A stretch of 64,000 nucleotides of DNA from an uncultured bacterium (lineage in GTDB: Bacteria > Margulisbacteria > WOR-1 > CAVSGV01). Each line of letters begins with the position of its first letter. The stretch's first letter is position 1. The position numbers and the translations under genes are program-made. The DNA lies in the NCBI GenBank assembly GCA_963768305.1, contig CAVYHE010000003.1, forward strand, positions 192,001-256,000. The letters are read 5' to 3'. Under the pieces are notes generated by a model. The model had not been told where the DNA came from. It was given only the letters and a program-made list of their open reading frames with translations, and made no database searches. Below, one piece after another: positions 32,667 through 41,494 of the stretch.

Positions 32667-33771
32667 ATTTAGCGATCAGATCCCCGTATATCTTTTCAAG
32701 CTTTTGAACCTGCAGTTTTGAATCAAGTTTTTCCGCCATTTGCCTTCCGATTATACCAAATTTCGTTATCAAATGGGGATCTTCTATGAGCCTGTCCAGC
32801 TTTTGGCTGAGATCGTCGGCATCTTTTTCTTTGGCGATATATCCGGTCCGATCGTCAAATATAAGGTCGCTTTGTGACTGCCTTGTAACTATCGACGGCA
32901 GGCCGCTGGCCAGGGCTTCAATAACAGTGACATTGATACCGCCTTCGGCGTCGCCGCTGCGGGCGACAACGCTCGGTGAAATGAAGATGTGCGCATTGTC
33001 CAGGTATTCCGATGTATCCGCGACATATCCGAGCATTTTGATATATTCCGACATGCCAAGGTCTTTTATTTCAGCGGCGATCTCGTGGTAAAGCGGCCCA
33101 TCACCGATTATCGTCATCCTGATGTTCTTATGTTTCCGGAAGCTTTTCGCGAAAGCCCTTACCCCGTAAATGACGCCTTTTTTCTCCACAAGCCTGCCGA
33201 GATAAAGGATGTTGACCATGCTTCCCGGTTTTCTTTCCCTGAATTTGAACTTGTCCAGATCGATCCCTACCGGGAATGTGATCACTTTTTCGGGAGGGCA
33301 GCCAAGCTCGATGGCGCGCTCGCGCATGACGCTGGAATATCCGGTAAAAAGGTCGCCGTGCCTGAACAATCTTTTCAGCTGCAGGCGGTAGAGCGGATTC
33401 TTCGTGAGCTGATATATATCAAGGCCGTAAAAACTCGTGATGATCGGGATATCGGAATATTTCTTGAACTGCAGCGCGTAGTTGCCCATATAAGCGAAAT
33501 GAGCGTGGATAAGCTTTATATCAAGCTCTTTGATCAGCTTACGGAAATGATCCGACCGGCCGAAAACGCTTCTTATGGCTTCGGCTTTCCGCTTCAGGAA
33601 AGGCAGATCAGAGACCGAATAAATGTCCTTTACAGGGAATTTTTCTGCGCCTTTGTTCTTTAACAGCGTGAATACGACGGGATGGAAAGTCTTCATGTTC
33701 CTTATCTGTTCATATATGAAGGTCTCGGAAAAATTGAGGTATTTTACTGTCAAATGAGCGATATTTTTCAT
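32653..33771 (-). CDS. Glycosyltransferase family 4 (WcaL-like)
   Basis: SETFIYEQI, IHAHF, GRLVEKKG, SGDAEGG...EALASGLP. Confidence 0.9.
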   Translation of the reverse strand: MKNIAHLTVKYLNFSETFIYEQIRNMKTFHPVVFTLLKNKGAEKFPVKDIYSVSDLPFLKRKAEAIRSVFGRSDHFRKLIKELDIKLIHAHFAYMGNYALQFKKYSDIPIITSFYGLDIYQLTKNPLYRLQLKRLFRHGDLFTGYSSVMRERAIELGCPPEKVITFPVGIDLDKFKFRERKPGSMVNILYLGRLVEKKGVIYGVRAFAKSFRKHKNIRMTIIGDGPLYHEIAAEIKDLGMSEYIKMLGYVADTSEYLDNAHIFISPSVVARSGDAEGGINVTVIEALASGLPSIVTRQSQSDLIFDDRTGYIAKEKDADDLSQKLDRLIEDPHLITKFGIIGRQMAEKLDSKLQVQKLEKIYGDLIAKYERE

Positions 33772-33871
33772 ATAGAAAAGCAATTATACCAGCATATGGC
33801 GTATCTCTCAATGACCGGACTTTCAGCCTTGACGGGAGGATGACAGTTCGAATACAATGATCTGAACCGAT

Positions 33872-35143
33872 ATGAGACAGGAGATATTAAAGACTTTTAT
33901 TTGCCCTGAATGCGGCAATAATCTGGACATCAGCTTTAAGCCCGCTCTGAGATCCGCTGAGATCGACAAGGACGTGCGTTTTGCCGTGGCCGCATGCCGC
34001 TGCAGGGAATATCCGATAATAGCCGGTATATTGATCTATAAACAGCTTAAGCGTTCCGGTGAAGCCGTCGATGCCATAAAGTCCGCCAGGAGCGATCACG
34101 CGCTTAAGAAGACCGCGCTGTGGTTCATGGAGGAACGATTTGTAAGGCTGGCAATGTATTTTGAGCTGATGATGGAAACCCTTTTTCGCATGGATATCAA
34201 CTTCTCTTTCTGGAAACTTGCGACATTCATCGAGAACAGCCCTTTTGCGACATATGCCAAATACCGGTTCGCGTGTCCAAGCCTGATCTCAGCGCTGCCA
34301 TTTTTTCCTTCCATGAAAGAAGCGCTCAAAGGCGGCGGAAGGATACTGGATCTTGGTTCAGGCATGGGACATCTTTCATATCTGCTGTCATGTCACTTTG
34401 GCTCGAACGAGCTTGTCTGCGTTGATATCAGCTTTCGAGGCCTGTATTTTACTCAAAGGTACATGGCAGGGCGGGGGGCAAGCTGTATTTTGCTGGACGC
34501 CAGGGAAAAACTCCCGTTCTCCGACAGTTCCTTTAAAGTGATCGTTTCGATGGATGCGCTTCAGTATATCGAAGAAAAAGAGTTGATAGCAAAGGAGATA
34601 AGCAGGACGCTTGAAAAAACAGGTTTGCTAGTTCTTGCGCATATCCATAACAAGCTGGCCCCTTTTATAGCCAATGGCTGGCCTTTAACTCCGGAAGGAT
34701 ATTTAAAACTATTCCCGTCCGAATTTCACTTCAGATCATTTGCTGAACGAAGTTTAATGGATATCATGTTCTCGGGGAAGGGATCGGATATTGACACGGC
34801 CGATCCGGTCGACAAAGTGAATTCATCTGACGCAATAGCATTGATCGGTTCCAGGGATAAGGGCTATTTCAGGAAATATCCGCCGTATTTTTCTGAAATG
34901 CACGGCCAATTCGGCGGGTTCATTTTAAATCCGCTGTACAGGGCCAGAAAAGGCAAATATGTACGGGTTTTCCCCTGCGAACGATACGAAGAAGAATATT
35001 ACCTTATCAAAGAATATTTCCCTGAAGTGATCGATCCCGGCGCATCCGAAGACATATTAAAAAAACAATTCATCTTTATTCCTGTTCCTGAAAATTACAT
35101 GAAGAAAGGCGAGCAGTTGAACTATCTGCGGCTCTGGAGATAA
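33872..35143 (+). CDS. Class I SAM methyltransferase with an N-terminal Cys-rich Trm112-like domain
   Basis: ICPECG...ACRCREYPIIAGI; ILDLGSGMG; KLPFSDSSF. Confidence 0.75.
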   Translation: MRQEILKTFICPECGNNLDISFKPALRSAEIDKDVRFAVAACRCREYPIIAGILIYKQLKRSGEAVDAIKSARSDHALKKTALWFMEERFVRLAMYFELMMETLFRMDINFSFWKLATFIENSPFATYAKYRFACPSLISALPFFPSMKEALKGGGRILDLGSGMGHLSYLLSCHFGSNELVCVDISFRGLYFTQRYMAGRGASCILLDAREKLPFSDSSFKVIVSMDALQYIEEKELIAKEISRTLEKTGLLVLAHIHNKLAPFIANGWPLTPEGYLKLFPSEFHFRSFAERSLMDIMFSGKGSDIDTADPVDKVNSSDAIALIGSRDKGYFRKYPPYFSEMHGQFGGFILNPLYRARKGKYVRVFPCERYEEEYYLIKEYFPEVIDPGASEDILKKQFIFIPVPENYMKKGEQLNYLRLWR

Positions 35144-36228
35144 GCTTTTATTACCTGTGCTATCTTTTTAGTCGCCCCGGGTTCTCCCATCCTGGACGTC
35201 CCTGTTTTTGCCATTTTTTTCCTTTTTGCCTTGCTTTTTAAGAGTGAAAGCGCTTCTTCCGCGATCATTTTTGAATTTCTGGGAAGGAGCATTAAAGCGT
35301 CTCCAAGGAGCTCTTTTTGACCTGAAGCGAATTTATGGTTATATTGGGCGCCTCTTCCGGGGAACGCTGCCACAGGAAGCCCGGCTCCCGCGGCCTGCTC
35401 GTTCCCGGTGCCTGAAAGCCCGATAATAATGGTCGATCTGGCAAGGACATTATTGAAATCGCCCGTCATTTCGATCTTTACCGGGGATCTCAGTTTTGAC
35501 AATCTTTTTTTATCAAGAGAGTCGGGGGTTGATAAAATAAACCTGACCTTTTTATCGACCAGATTGATCTGCCAGGCTATTTTGTAAAGATCCTCGATGT
35601 TTTTGTAAGCGTCATCCCTTGTTCCGGGAAGAAGGCCGATGATTTTGCCTTTCCTTATCTCCCGGTGTCCCGATCTCCTGATACCCCGGACCATGTCCAT
35701 CATCGGGTTCCCGGCGTATTTTGATTCGATCCCGAATCGTTGAAGCGCTTCTTCCGTCCTTTTGTCCCTGGTAAACGTCATCATACAATATTTCTTTAGC
35801 AGCATTTTTTCAAGCCAAGTGTAATTGAAAGCGAATTTCTTGTAATAATCTGATTTATTGACGCCGATGAATATGAATTTGCATCCGGTTATCATCGAGT
35901 ATACGATCGGGACCAGGTCACCTATGCCTATAACAAGGGCGTAACCCCATTTATTGTCGTCAAGTGTCCTGACCTGCGCCCTGATCTTGCCGATGAGCCC
36001 CGAAAAAAGGTCTCTGATGAAATAAGAGAAATTCCTCATTCCGAAGCCGCCGCTCGGCAGGGAGTTCTTCGGGCCGATAATATTTACTTTTAGGCCGTCA
36101 AAAGCTTTCCCCGCGCCGACAACAGGCATGACATCAATGATCATGTCCTTTAATTTTATGCCCTTTATGATCTGGGCGGCGACCATGTCTTCGCCGTGGC
36201 CGTTGGAAATGAACAGGATCCTTTTCAT
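35122..36228 (-). CDS. Lipid-A-disaccharide-synthase-related GT-B protein (cyanobacterial type)
   Basis: LFISNGHGED, LPSGGF, GNPMMD, LLPGTR, GTGNEQAAGAGLP, GAQY. Confidence 0.8.
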   Translation of the reverse strand: MKRILFISNGHGEDMVAAQIIKGIKLKDMIIDVMPVVGAGKAFDGLKVNIIGPKNSLPSGGFGMRNFSYFIRDLFSGLIGKIRAQVRTLDDNKWGYALVIGIGDLVPIVYSMITGCKFIFIGVNKSDYYKKFAFNYTWLEKMLLKKYCMMTFTRDKRTEEALQRFGIESKYAGNPMMDMVRGIRRSGHREIRKGKIIGLLPGTRDDAYKNIEDLYKIAWQINLVDKKVRFILSTPDSLDKKRLSKLRSPVKIEMTGDFNNVLARSTIIIGLSGTGNEQAAGAGLPVAAFPGRGAQYNHKFASGQKELLGDALMLLPRNSKMIAEEALSLLKSKAKRKKMAKTGTSRMGEPGATKKIAQVIKAYLQSRR

Positions 36229-36393
36229 TTAAGCAACTCCTTCGGGAATAGAGACTGACCGATATTGCGGACAAAATGATTTTATAATAAAAATACGCAT
36301 TATGAAAGAGAAATTTATTTTACGAGCAACGGAACTTGATATATCAGCAACAATATGGTCAATCAATGGATATCATGGTAAAATCATCGCGAT

Positions 36394-37095
36394 ATGACCA
36401 AATTAAAAAGCCTATCCGTGATGTTCCCGTGCTATAACGACTCCATGACCATAGGCAGTTTACTGGAGAAAGCGGATAATGCCGCTTCGCAGATCTCGGA
36501 TAAGCACGAAATGATCGTCGTGAACGATGGCTCAACGGATGATTCCGCGCAGGTCCTGGCCGATCTTCAAAAAAAATATCCATATCTTATTATCCTCACG
36601 CATGCCGGCAACATGGGATATGGGGCAACGATCTGGCACGGCCTGAAAGCAGCGAACTGTGATTATGTTTTTTACACGGACGGAGACGCGCAGTATGATC
36701 CGACAGAGATGATATCCTTGGCGGAAAAAGTGGGGCCGAATACTATGCTTGTCAACGGCTACAAAAAGGAAAGGCACGATGCTTTATACAGGATCATCAT
36801 TGGGAAGACCTATAATATGTTCATAAGGCTCCTCTTCAATATCAAGCTTAAGGATGTTGATTGCGATTTCAGGCTTTTCAGGAAAGACGCTCTGGACAAG
36901 ATCCAAGTTACGGAGCACGGCGGAACAATGTGCCTTGAAATGGTCAAAAGGATAGAAAAACTGGGGGGAGAGATCTTGGAAGTGCCGGTTTCCCACTATG
37001 AACGCAAATACGGGAAGTCACAGTTCTTCAAGCTCAAGAACATCCTAACAGTGTTCGTGGACATTCCTAAACTTTTATTCATGCTCGGCCGATGA
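36394..37095 (+). CDS. GT2 (Dpm1-like) glycosyltransferase
   Basis: FPCYND, NDGSTD, NMGYGA, YTDGDAQYDP, DVDCDFRLF. Confidence 0.9.
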   Translation: MTKLKSLSVMFPCYNDSMTIGSLLEKADNAASQISDKHEMIVVNDGSTDDSAQVLADLQKKYPYLIILTHAGNMGYGATIWHGLKAANCDYVFYTDGDAQYDPTEMISLAEKVGPNTMLVNGYKKERHDALYRIIIGKTYNMFIRLLFNIKLKDVDCDFRLFRKDALDKIQVTEHGGTMCLEMVKRIEKLGGEILEVPVSHYERKYGKSQFFKLKNILTVFVDIPKLLFMLGR

Positions 37096-37835
37096 TGGAC
37101 GCGAAGGCCTTACAGCAGATATTTGATAACGAGAAGACGAACTGGTGGTACAGAAGCCTTCGCAGCAAAGTTGAGATCCTCATAGAACGTATCGGTAAAC
37201 CAGATCTCAGGATCCTTGATGCCGGATGCGGAACAGGTTATAACATTATTTATTTCAGCAAATTCGGCCGGGTTATCGGGATCGATGAGTCTGAAGAAGC
37301 ACTGGGACTTTGCAAAAAAATGGGAATTACGGATATCAAACGGGCGTCATTGGCAATGCTGCCTTTTTCCGATGAAAGCTTTGACTTAATATTATGTCTC
37401 GATGTACTGTGTTATCTTGACGGCAAAGGCATTAACGATGCTCTAATAGAGATGAAAAGGGTGCTTGCACACGGCGGTTCAATTATACTTAACCTTCCGG
37501 CATTCCCGATCCTGCAAGGCGCGCATGACGAAATAATGGGCATACGAAAAAGATTCAGGGCAGGGGAGCTTCGTCTTTTGCTGGAATCCAAGGGGTTCAA
37601 GGCCGGGAAATTGTCATATATATTCTCTGTCTTGTTCTTGCCTTTGCTTATAAGAAGGTTGTTTGGAAAGTTGAAATTGGCTAAAGGTTCCGATCTTCTG
37701 AAATTCCCCCCGATGTTAAACAATATGCTGTTTTTTATCTCGGAAATTGATACGCAACTTTTTCGTTTTATGGATCTGCCGTTCGGAAGTTCAATAATTT
37801 GCCTGGCAACAAAGGATGGTTTCAGCAACGAATGA
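37092..37835 (+). CDS. Class I SAM-dependent methyltransferase
   Basis: E..NWWY, ILDAGCGTG, LPFSDESFD. Confidence 0.88.
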   Translation: MMDAKALQQIFDNEKTNWWYRSLRSKVEILIERIGKPDLRILDAGCGTGYNIIYFSKFGRVIGIDESEEALGLCKKMGITDIKRASLAMLPFSDESFDLILCLDVLCYLDGKGINDALIEMKRVLAHGGSIILNLPAFPILQGAHDEIMGIRKRFRAGELRLLLESKGFKAGKLSYIFSVLFLPLLIRRLFGKLKLAKGSDLLKFPPMLNNMLFFISEIDTQLFRFMDLPFGSSIICLATKDGFSNE

Positions 37836-38894
37836 GATCTCACTTTCCGTCAGCTCGGGATAAAGAGGGATCGAAAGTATTTCCTCCGCGTATCTTTCAG
37901 CTACAGGGAATGAGCCTTTCTTAAGCTTAAGGTCTGCATAAGCTTTTTGAAGATGTACAGGAATAGGATAGTGAATATTGGTCTGTATATCTTTTTTGCC
38001 AAGATATGCCTGCAACTTATCCCTGTTCTTTGTTCTTATTACATATAGATGATACACATGCCGCGCATATGTTTCCTCAACTGGCGTGATTACCTCTGAG
38101 CCCTTCAGCATTCGATCGTAAACCGACGCGATCTCACGCCTCCTGGAATTCCAGCGGTCCAGATGTTTCAATTTAACGCTTAAAATAGCGGCCTGGATCT
38201 CGTCAAGCCGGCTGTTGAAGCCTTTTATGGCGTGGACATACCTTTTTTTCTGGCCGTAATTGCGCAATAGCCGCGCTTTTTCACAGAGTTCGGCGCTGTT
38301 CGTGGTGATGATGCCGCCGTCGCCGTAGCACCCCAGGTTTTTGCTCGGATAGAAACTGAACGCCGCAAGTTCGCCGAATGTCCCGACTTTTCGCCCTTTA
38401 TAAAGCGCCCCGTGCGCTTGGCAGGCATCCTCTATCACCTTCAATCCGTTCTCTTTAGCGATCTTCATTATAGGGTCCATGTCGGCCGCCTGGCCGAAAA
38501 GATGCACAGGGATGACGGCTTTAGTTCTTTTTGTTATCTTTTTCTTGAGGAGGGCAGGGTCCATATTGAACGTAACAGGATCGATATCAGCGAATACCGG
38601 CTTTGCCCCGGCAAATGTGATGGCGCAAACCGTAGGGACAGCCGTATTTGGGACCGTAATGACCTCATCACCATCGCCTATCCCGCAGGCAACAAGCGAC
38701 AAATGGAGCGCTTCCGTGCCTGAGCCGACGCCGACAGCGTATTTGGCGCCGCAGAAAGACGCGAATTCCTTTTCGAATTTTTCAACGCGCTTTCCCAGGA
38801 CGAACCAACCCTCATTCAAGGTATCCTGAATGGCCGCGTCTATTTCTTTCTTGATGAGATGATATTGTCTTGCAACGTCAGATATGGGGATCAA
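37791..38894 (-). CDS. DegT-family aminotransferase (FdtB/EryC1-like)
   Basis: GSGTEAL, EDACQAHG, FSFYPSKNLG..GDGG, GFNSRLDEIQAA. Confidence 0.93.
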   Translation of the reverse strand: MIPISDVARQYHLIKKEIDAAIQDTLNEGWFVLGKRVEKFEKEFASFCGAKYAVGVGSGTEALHLSLVACGIGDGDEVITVPNTAVPTVCAITFAGAKPVFADIDPVTFNMDPALLKKKITKRTKAVIPVHLFGQAADMDPIMKIAKENGLKVIEDACQAHGALYKGRKVGTFGELAAFSFYPSKNLGCYGDGGIITTNSAELCEKARLLRNYGQKKRYVHAIKGFNSRLDEIQAAILSVKLKHLDRWNSRRREIASVYDRMLKGSEVITPVEETYARHVYHLYVIRTKNRDKLQAYLGKKDIQTNIHYPIPVHLQKAYADLKLKKGSFPVAERYAEEILSIPLYPELTESEISFVAETILCCQANY

Positions 38895-38908
38895 TGCGAG
38901 CTCCTTTG

Positions 38909-39916
38909 CTACCAGTAGTAATGCTTGTTCTTTCTGTAAAAATCAAGAGTTCTTTTTATGCCTTCTTCAAGGGGAACTTTCGGCTGCCAGCCAAGCGCAT
39001 TCTTTATCTTTGAACAGTCGGCAATGTAATCGCCGATCTCTATTTTCTTGCTTTCTTCGGGGAAGGGGATAAGCTCATATGAGCCGGATCCGTTTATCGC
39101 TATCATCTTTTTTACCAGCTCAAGAAGGCTTACCGGAGCGCCCCCGAGATTATAGACCTCTCCGTTGGTCCTGTCGGATGCCGCGGCAAGCAGGAGCGCT
39201 TCCACCGCATCATCCACGTAATTCGTATCGCGTACTTGGAGCCCGTCGCCGTATATCTTTATCTTTTGGCCGTCAATAAGCTGTCTCATGAACCAGTTGA
39301 TTATGCCCTGTTTGTGGTGGTGCATCTGGTGCCGCGGCCCGAAAGTGTTCGTCATCCTCAAAGAAGTTGCTTTTATCCCGTAAATATCATTATAAAGTAT
39401 ATGATATGATTCGCCTGCCATATTGTTTATACCATTCACATCCGTGGGCTTTTGAGGATGCGTTTCATCTACCGGAAGCTTTTGAGCTTTCCCGTACTGG
39501 CCCCTTGTGCCCGAGAAAATTATCTTGACCTTTGTGTTGAATTTCCTGCATGATTCAAGGATGGACAGCTGGGCGCGGCAATTGATCTCAAGGTCCGTAT
39601 AAGGGTCTATCATGCTGTCAATGTGGCTTAGAGTGCCGGCCAGGTTGAACATGTAATCCCTTCCCTGGACAAGATAATTCATGCTGTGCTCGTCGCGGAC
39701 ATCCGCGATATTCACTTTGACCTTATCCTCTATGCCCGAAATATTATGTATGTTGCCGCCATAATCGGGGATCAATGAATCCACAAGAGTGACCTTCGCT
39801 CCCAGTTCAATGAGCCTGAACGCCAAAGTGCTGCCGATGAACCCCAGCCCTCCGGTCACCAGGACTTCCGAATTTTTAAACGCGCTATTGTAATTAACAG
39901 GCATTTTCTTCTCCAT
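38909..39916 (-). CDS. NAD-dependent epimerase/dehydratase
   Basis: TGGLGFIG, GTRGQYG, LRMTNTFGPR. Confidence 0.9.
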   Translation of the reverse strand: MEKKMPVNYNSAFKNSEVLVTGGLGFIGSTLAFRLIELGAKVTLVDSLIPDYGGNIHNISGIEDKVKVNIADVRDEHSMNYLVQGRDYMFNLAGTLSHIDSMIDPYTDLEINCRAQLSILESCRKFNTKVKIIFSGTRGQYGKAQKLPVDETHPQKPTDVNGINNMAGESYHILYNDIYGIKATSLRMTNTFGPRHQMHHHKQGIINWFMRQLIDGQKIKIYGDGLQVRDTNYVDDAVEALLLAAASDRTNGEVYNLGGAPVSLLELVKKMIAINGSGSYELIPFPEESKKIEIGDYIADCSKIKNALGWQPKVPLEEGIKRTLDFYRKNKHYYW

Positions 39917-39958
39917 AACGATATTTTATCATAAATTAAATGATTTATACGGGCTCAT

Positions 39959-40932
39959 TCATTTCACCAGTCCTTTAATAGTCTCAACGATCTTAAGGGT
40001 GGGTGAACCCGGAAGCCCTATGCCGGCGGAAGCAAGAAGCTCTTCTTTTCTGCTCTTCTCCAGCATTCCGGGATCGTTCAATACATCATTTATGGCTTCG
40101 GGCAAAAAAACGGCTTTATCAAGAAAATACACTCCAAACACCCTTGTTTTGTTTTGCAAATTATAAATTATGTTAAACCTTCTAGATATTCGCTCATCCA
40201 TTGTCGGATCACTGTTTTTAACATAAATAACAGGTAAATTGAAGTACATAGCTATTAGTTCGATCGTCCCCGGCTGATTGGAGATTAAAATGTCAGCGTT
40301 TTTTACGGCTTCGATACATTTTTTAAAATGATCATTATCATAACTATTACTCAAGATAATATTTTTACCGTAAACATTCCTGTTCTTATGCGGACTTAAT
40401 AGCTTTACAATGATATTAATTCCTTTGATCGACCGCAATATAGCCATTATTTCCATGTTGCTTAGATCATCGTAAGCGTAATCTTCTGTGGAATGCGCAG
40501 GTGCAAAAAGTACGTTCAATCCCTTGTGACGTTTTCTTTCATTTTTGAGGCCATCGAACAGCGGGCAGCCTGTCAATACGATCCTCGCAGGATCAAAGCC
40601 GCCGTTCAGCATCATTTCCTGGTCGCGAGTTCCCCAAACACAGATCCTGTCCGCAAGCATTTTATAATTAGAAGGCGGCAAATAATCCAGAATAGCTCCT
40701 CTGCCATGCTGTACAACCACTATCGGGAGCCCTCTTTTTTTGCTTCTGTCGCGTATCTTAGTCCGGCTCCCATAACATCCTGAAAAAGCACTGCAACCTT
40801 GGCTTTATTAAGACTTGTTGTAAAAAAGAACGGCAAAATCTTGTCCATTACACCGTTGCGGTTCGTGAGGAATATCCTGGGATTTTTGAAGGCTTGTTGA
40901 TTTTTCTTTATGACCGTGAAGATGTTAATCAT
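39959..40932 (-). CDS. GT-B-like surface carbohydrate biosynthesis protein, frameshifted at an A7 run
   Basis: VVQHG, ADRICVWG, IVLTGCPLFD, ADILIS...LPVI; ORFs 40720..40932 and 39959..40720 join if A7 becomes A8. Confidence 0.6.
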
Positions 40933-41494
40933 TGCATCGGGTTTCTTTGTCAGTTATTCCCATAATGATCACATCTTTCCATTTCCCATCTTTCATAACA
41001 AAGTCCTTTAATCTGCCCTCTTCTTGGAAACCCATTTTTTTATGTAGATTAATAACCTGTTTATTGCTTTCAATAACTTCCAGTTTTAATGTGTGCAATT
41101 TAAGAATGTCGAAAGCTACTTTTATTGATAGTTGATCCAGTAACCTGCCTATACCCAGATTCATTGAAAGCGGATTGGCATAAATGCCATAAAATGTATT
41201 TTTATTGGTGAAGTCAACATTACGCAAATTAATAACACCCATAGGCTCATTATTGGTTTTATTGATAACAAGCCACGCAAAACACCTATTGTTGTTTTTT
41301 AGTCCAAGCAAGTATTCGTGATGCTCTTTTTCTGATATGAGGTGATCGTGATACATCCAAATTCTTACGCTCTCGTGATTCCTCATTTGCCTTACGACTT
41401 CCACTTCTTTTTCGGTGAGGTTCGTGAAATTTTTAAGTAAGGCATTGTCAAATGTGAAATCTTTTCTCAAGTTCATAACGATAGTTTTAAACAT
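40925..41494 (-). CDS. pseH: UDP-4-amino-4,6-dideoxy-N-acetyl-altrosamine N-acetyltransferase (GNAT)
   Basis: KNFTNL...RNHESVRIWMY, GIYANP, LHTLKLEV..N..VINLHKKMGF. Confidence 0.82.
   Translation of the reverse strand: MFKTIVMNLRKDFTFDNALLKNFTNLTEKEVEVVRQMRNHESVRIWMYHDHLISEKEHHEYLLGLKNNNRCFAWLVINKTNNEPMGVINLRNVDFTNKNTFYGIYANPLSMNLGIGRLLDQLSIKVAFDILKLHTLKLEVIESNKQVINLHKKMGFQEEGRLKDFVMKDGKWKDVIIMGITDKETRCND

Noticed and set aside
32989..33663. Long plus-strand ORFs opposite glycan genes (also 23930..24580)
   Set aside because: Antisense shadows with no motifs
36302..36397. 31-codon plus-strand ORF MKEKFILRATELD... before the GT2 gene
   Set aside because: No recognisable similarity; cannot distinguish a remnant from chance
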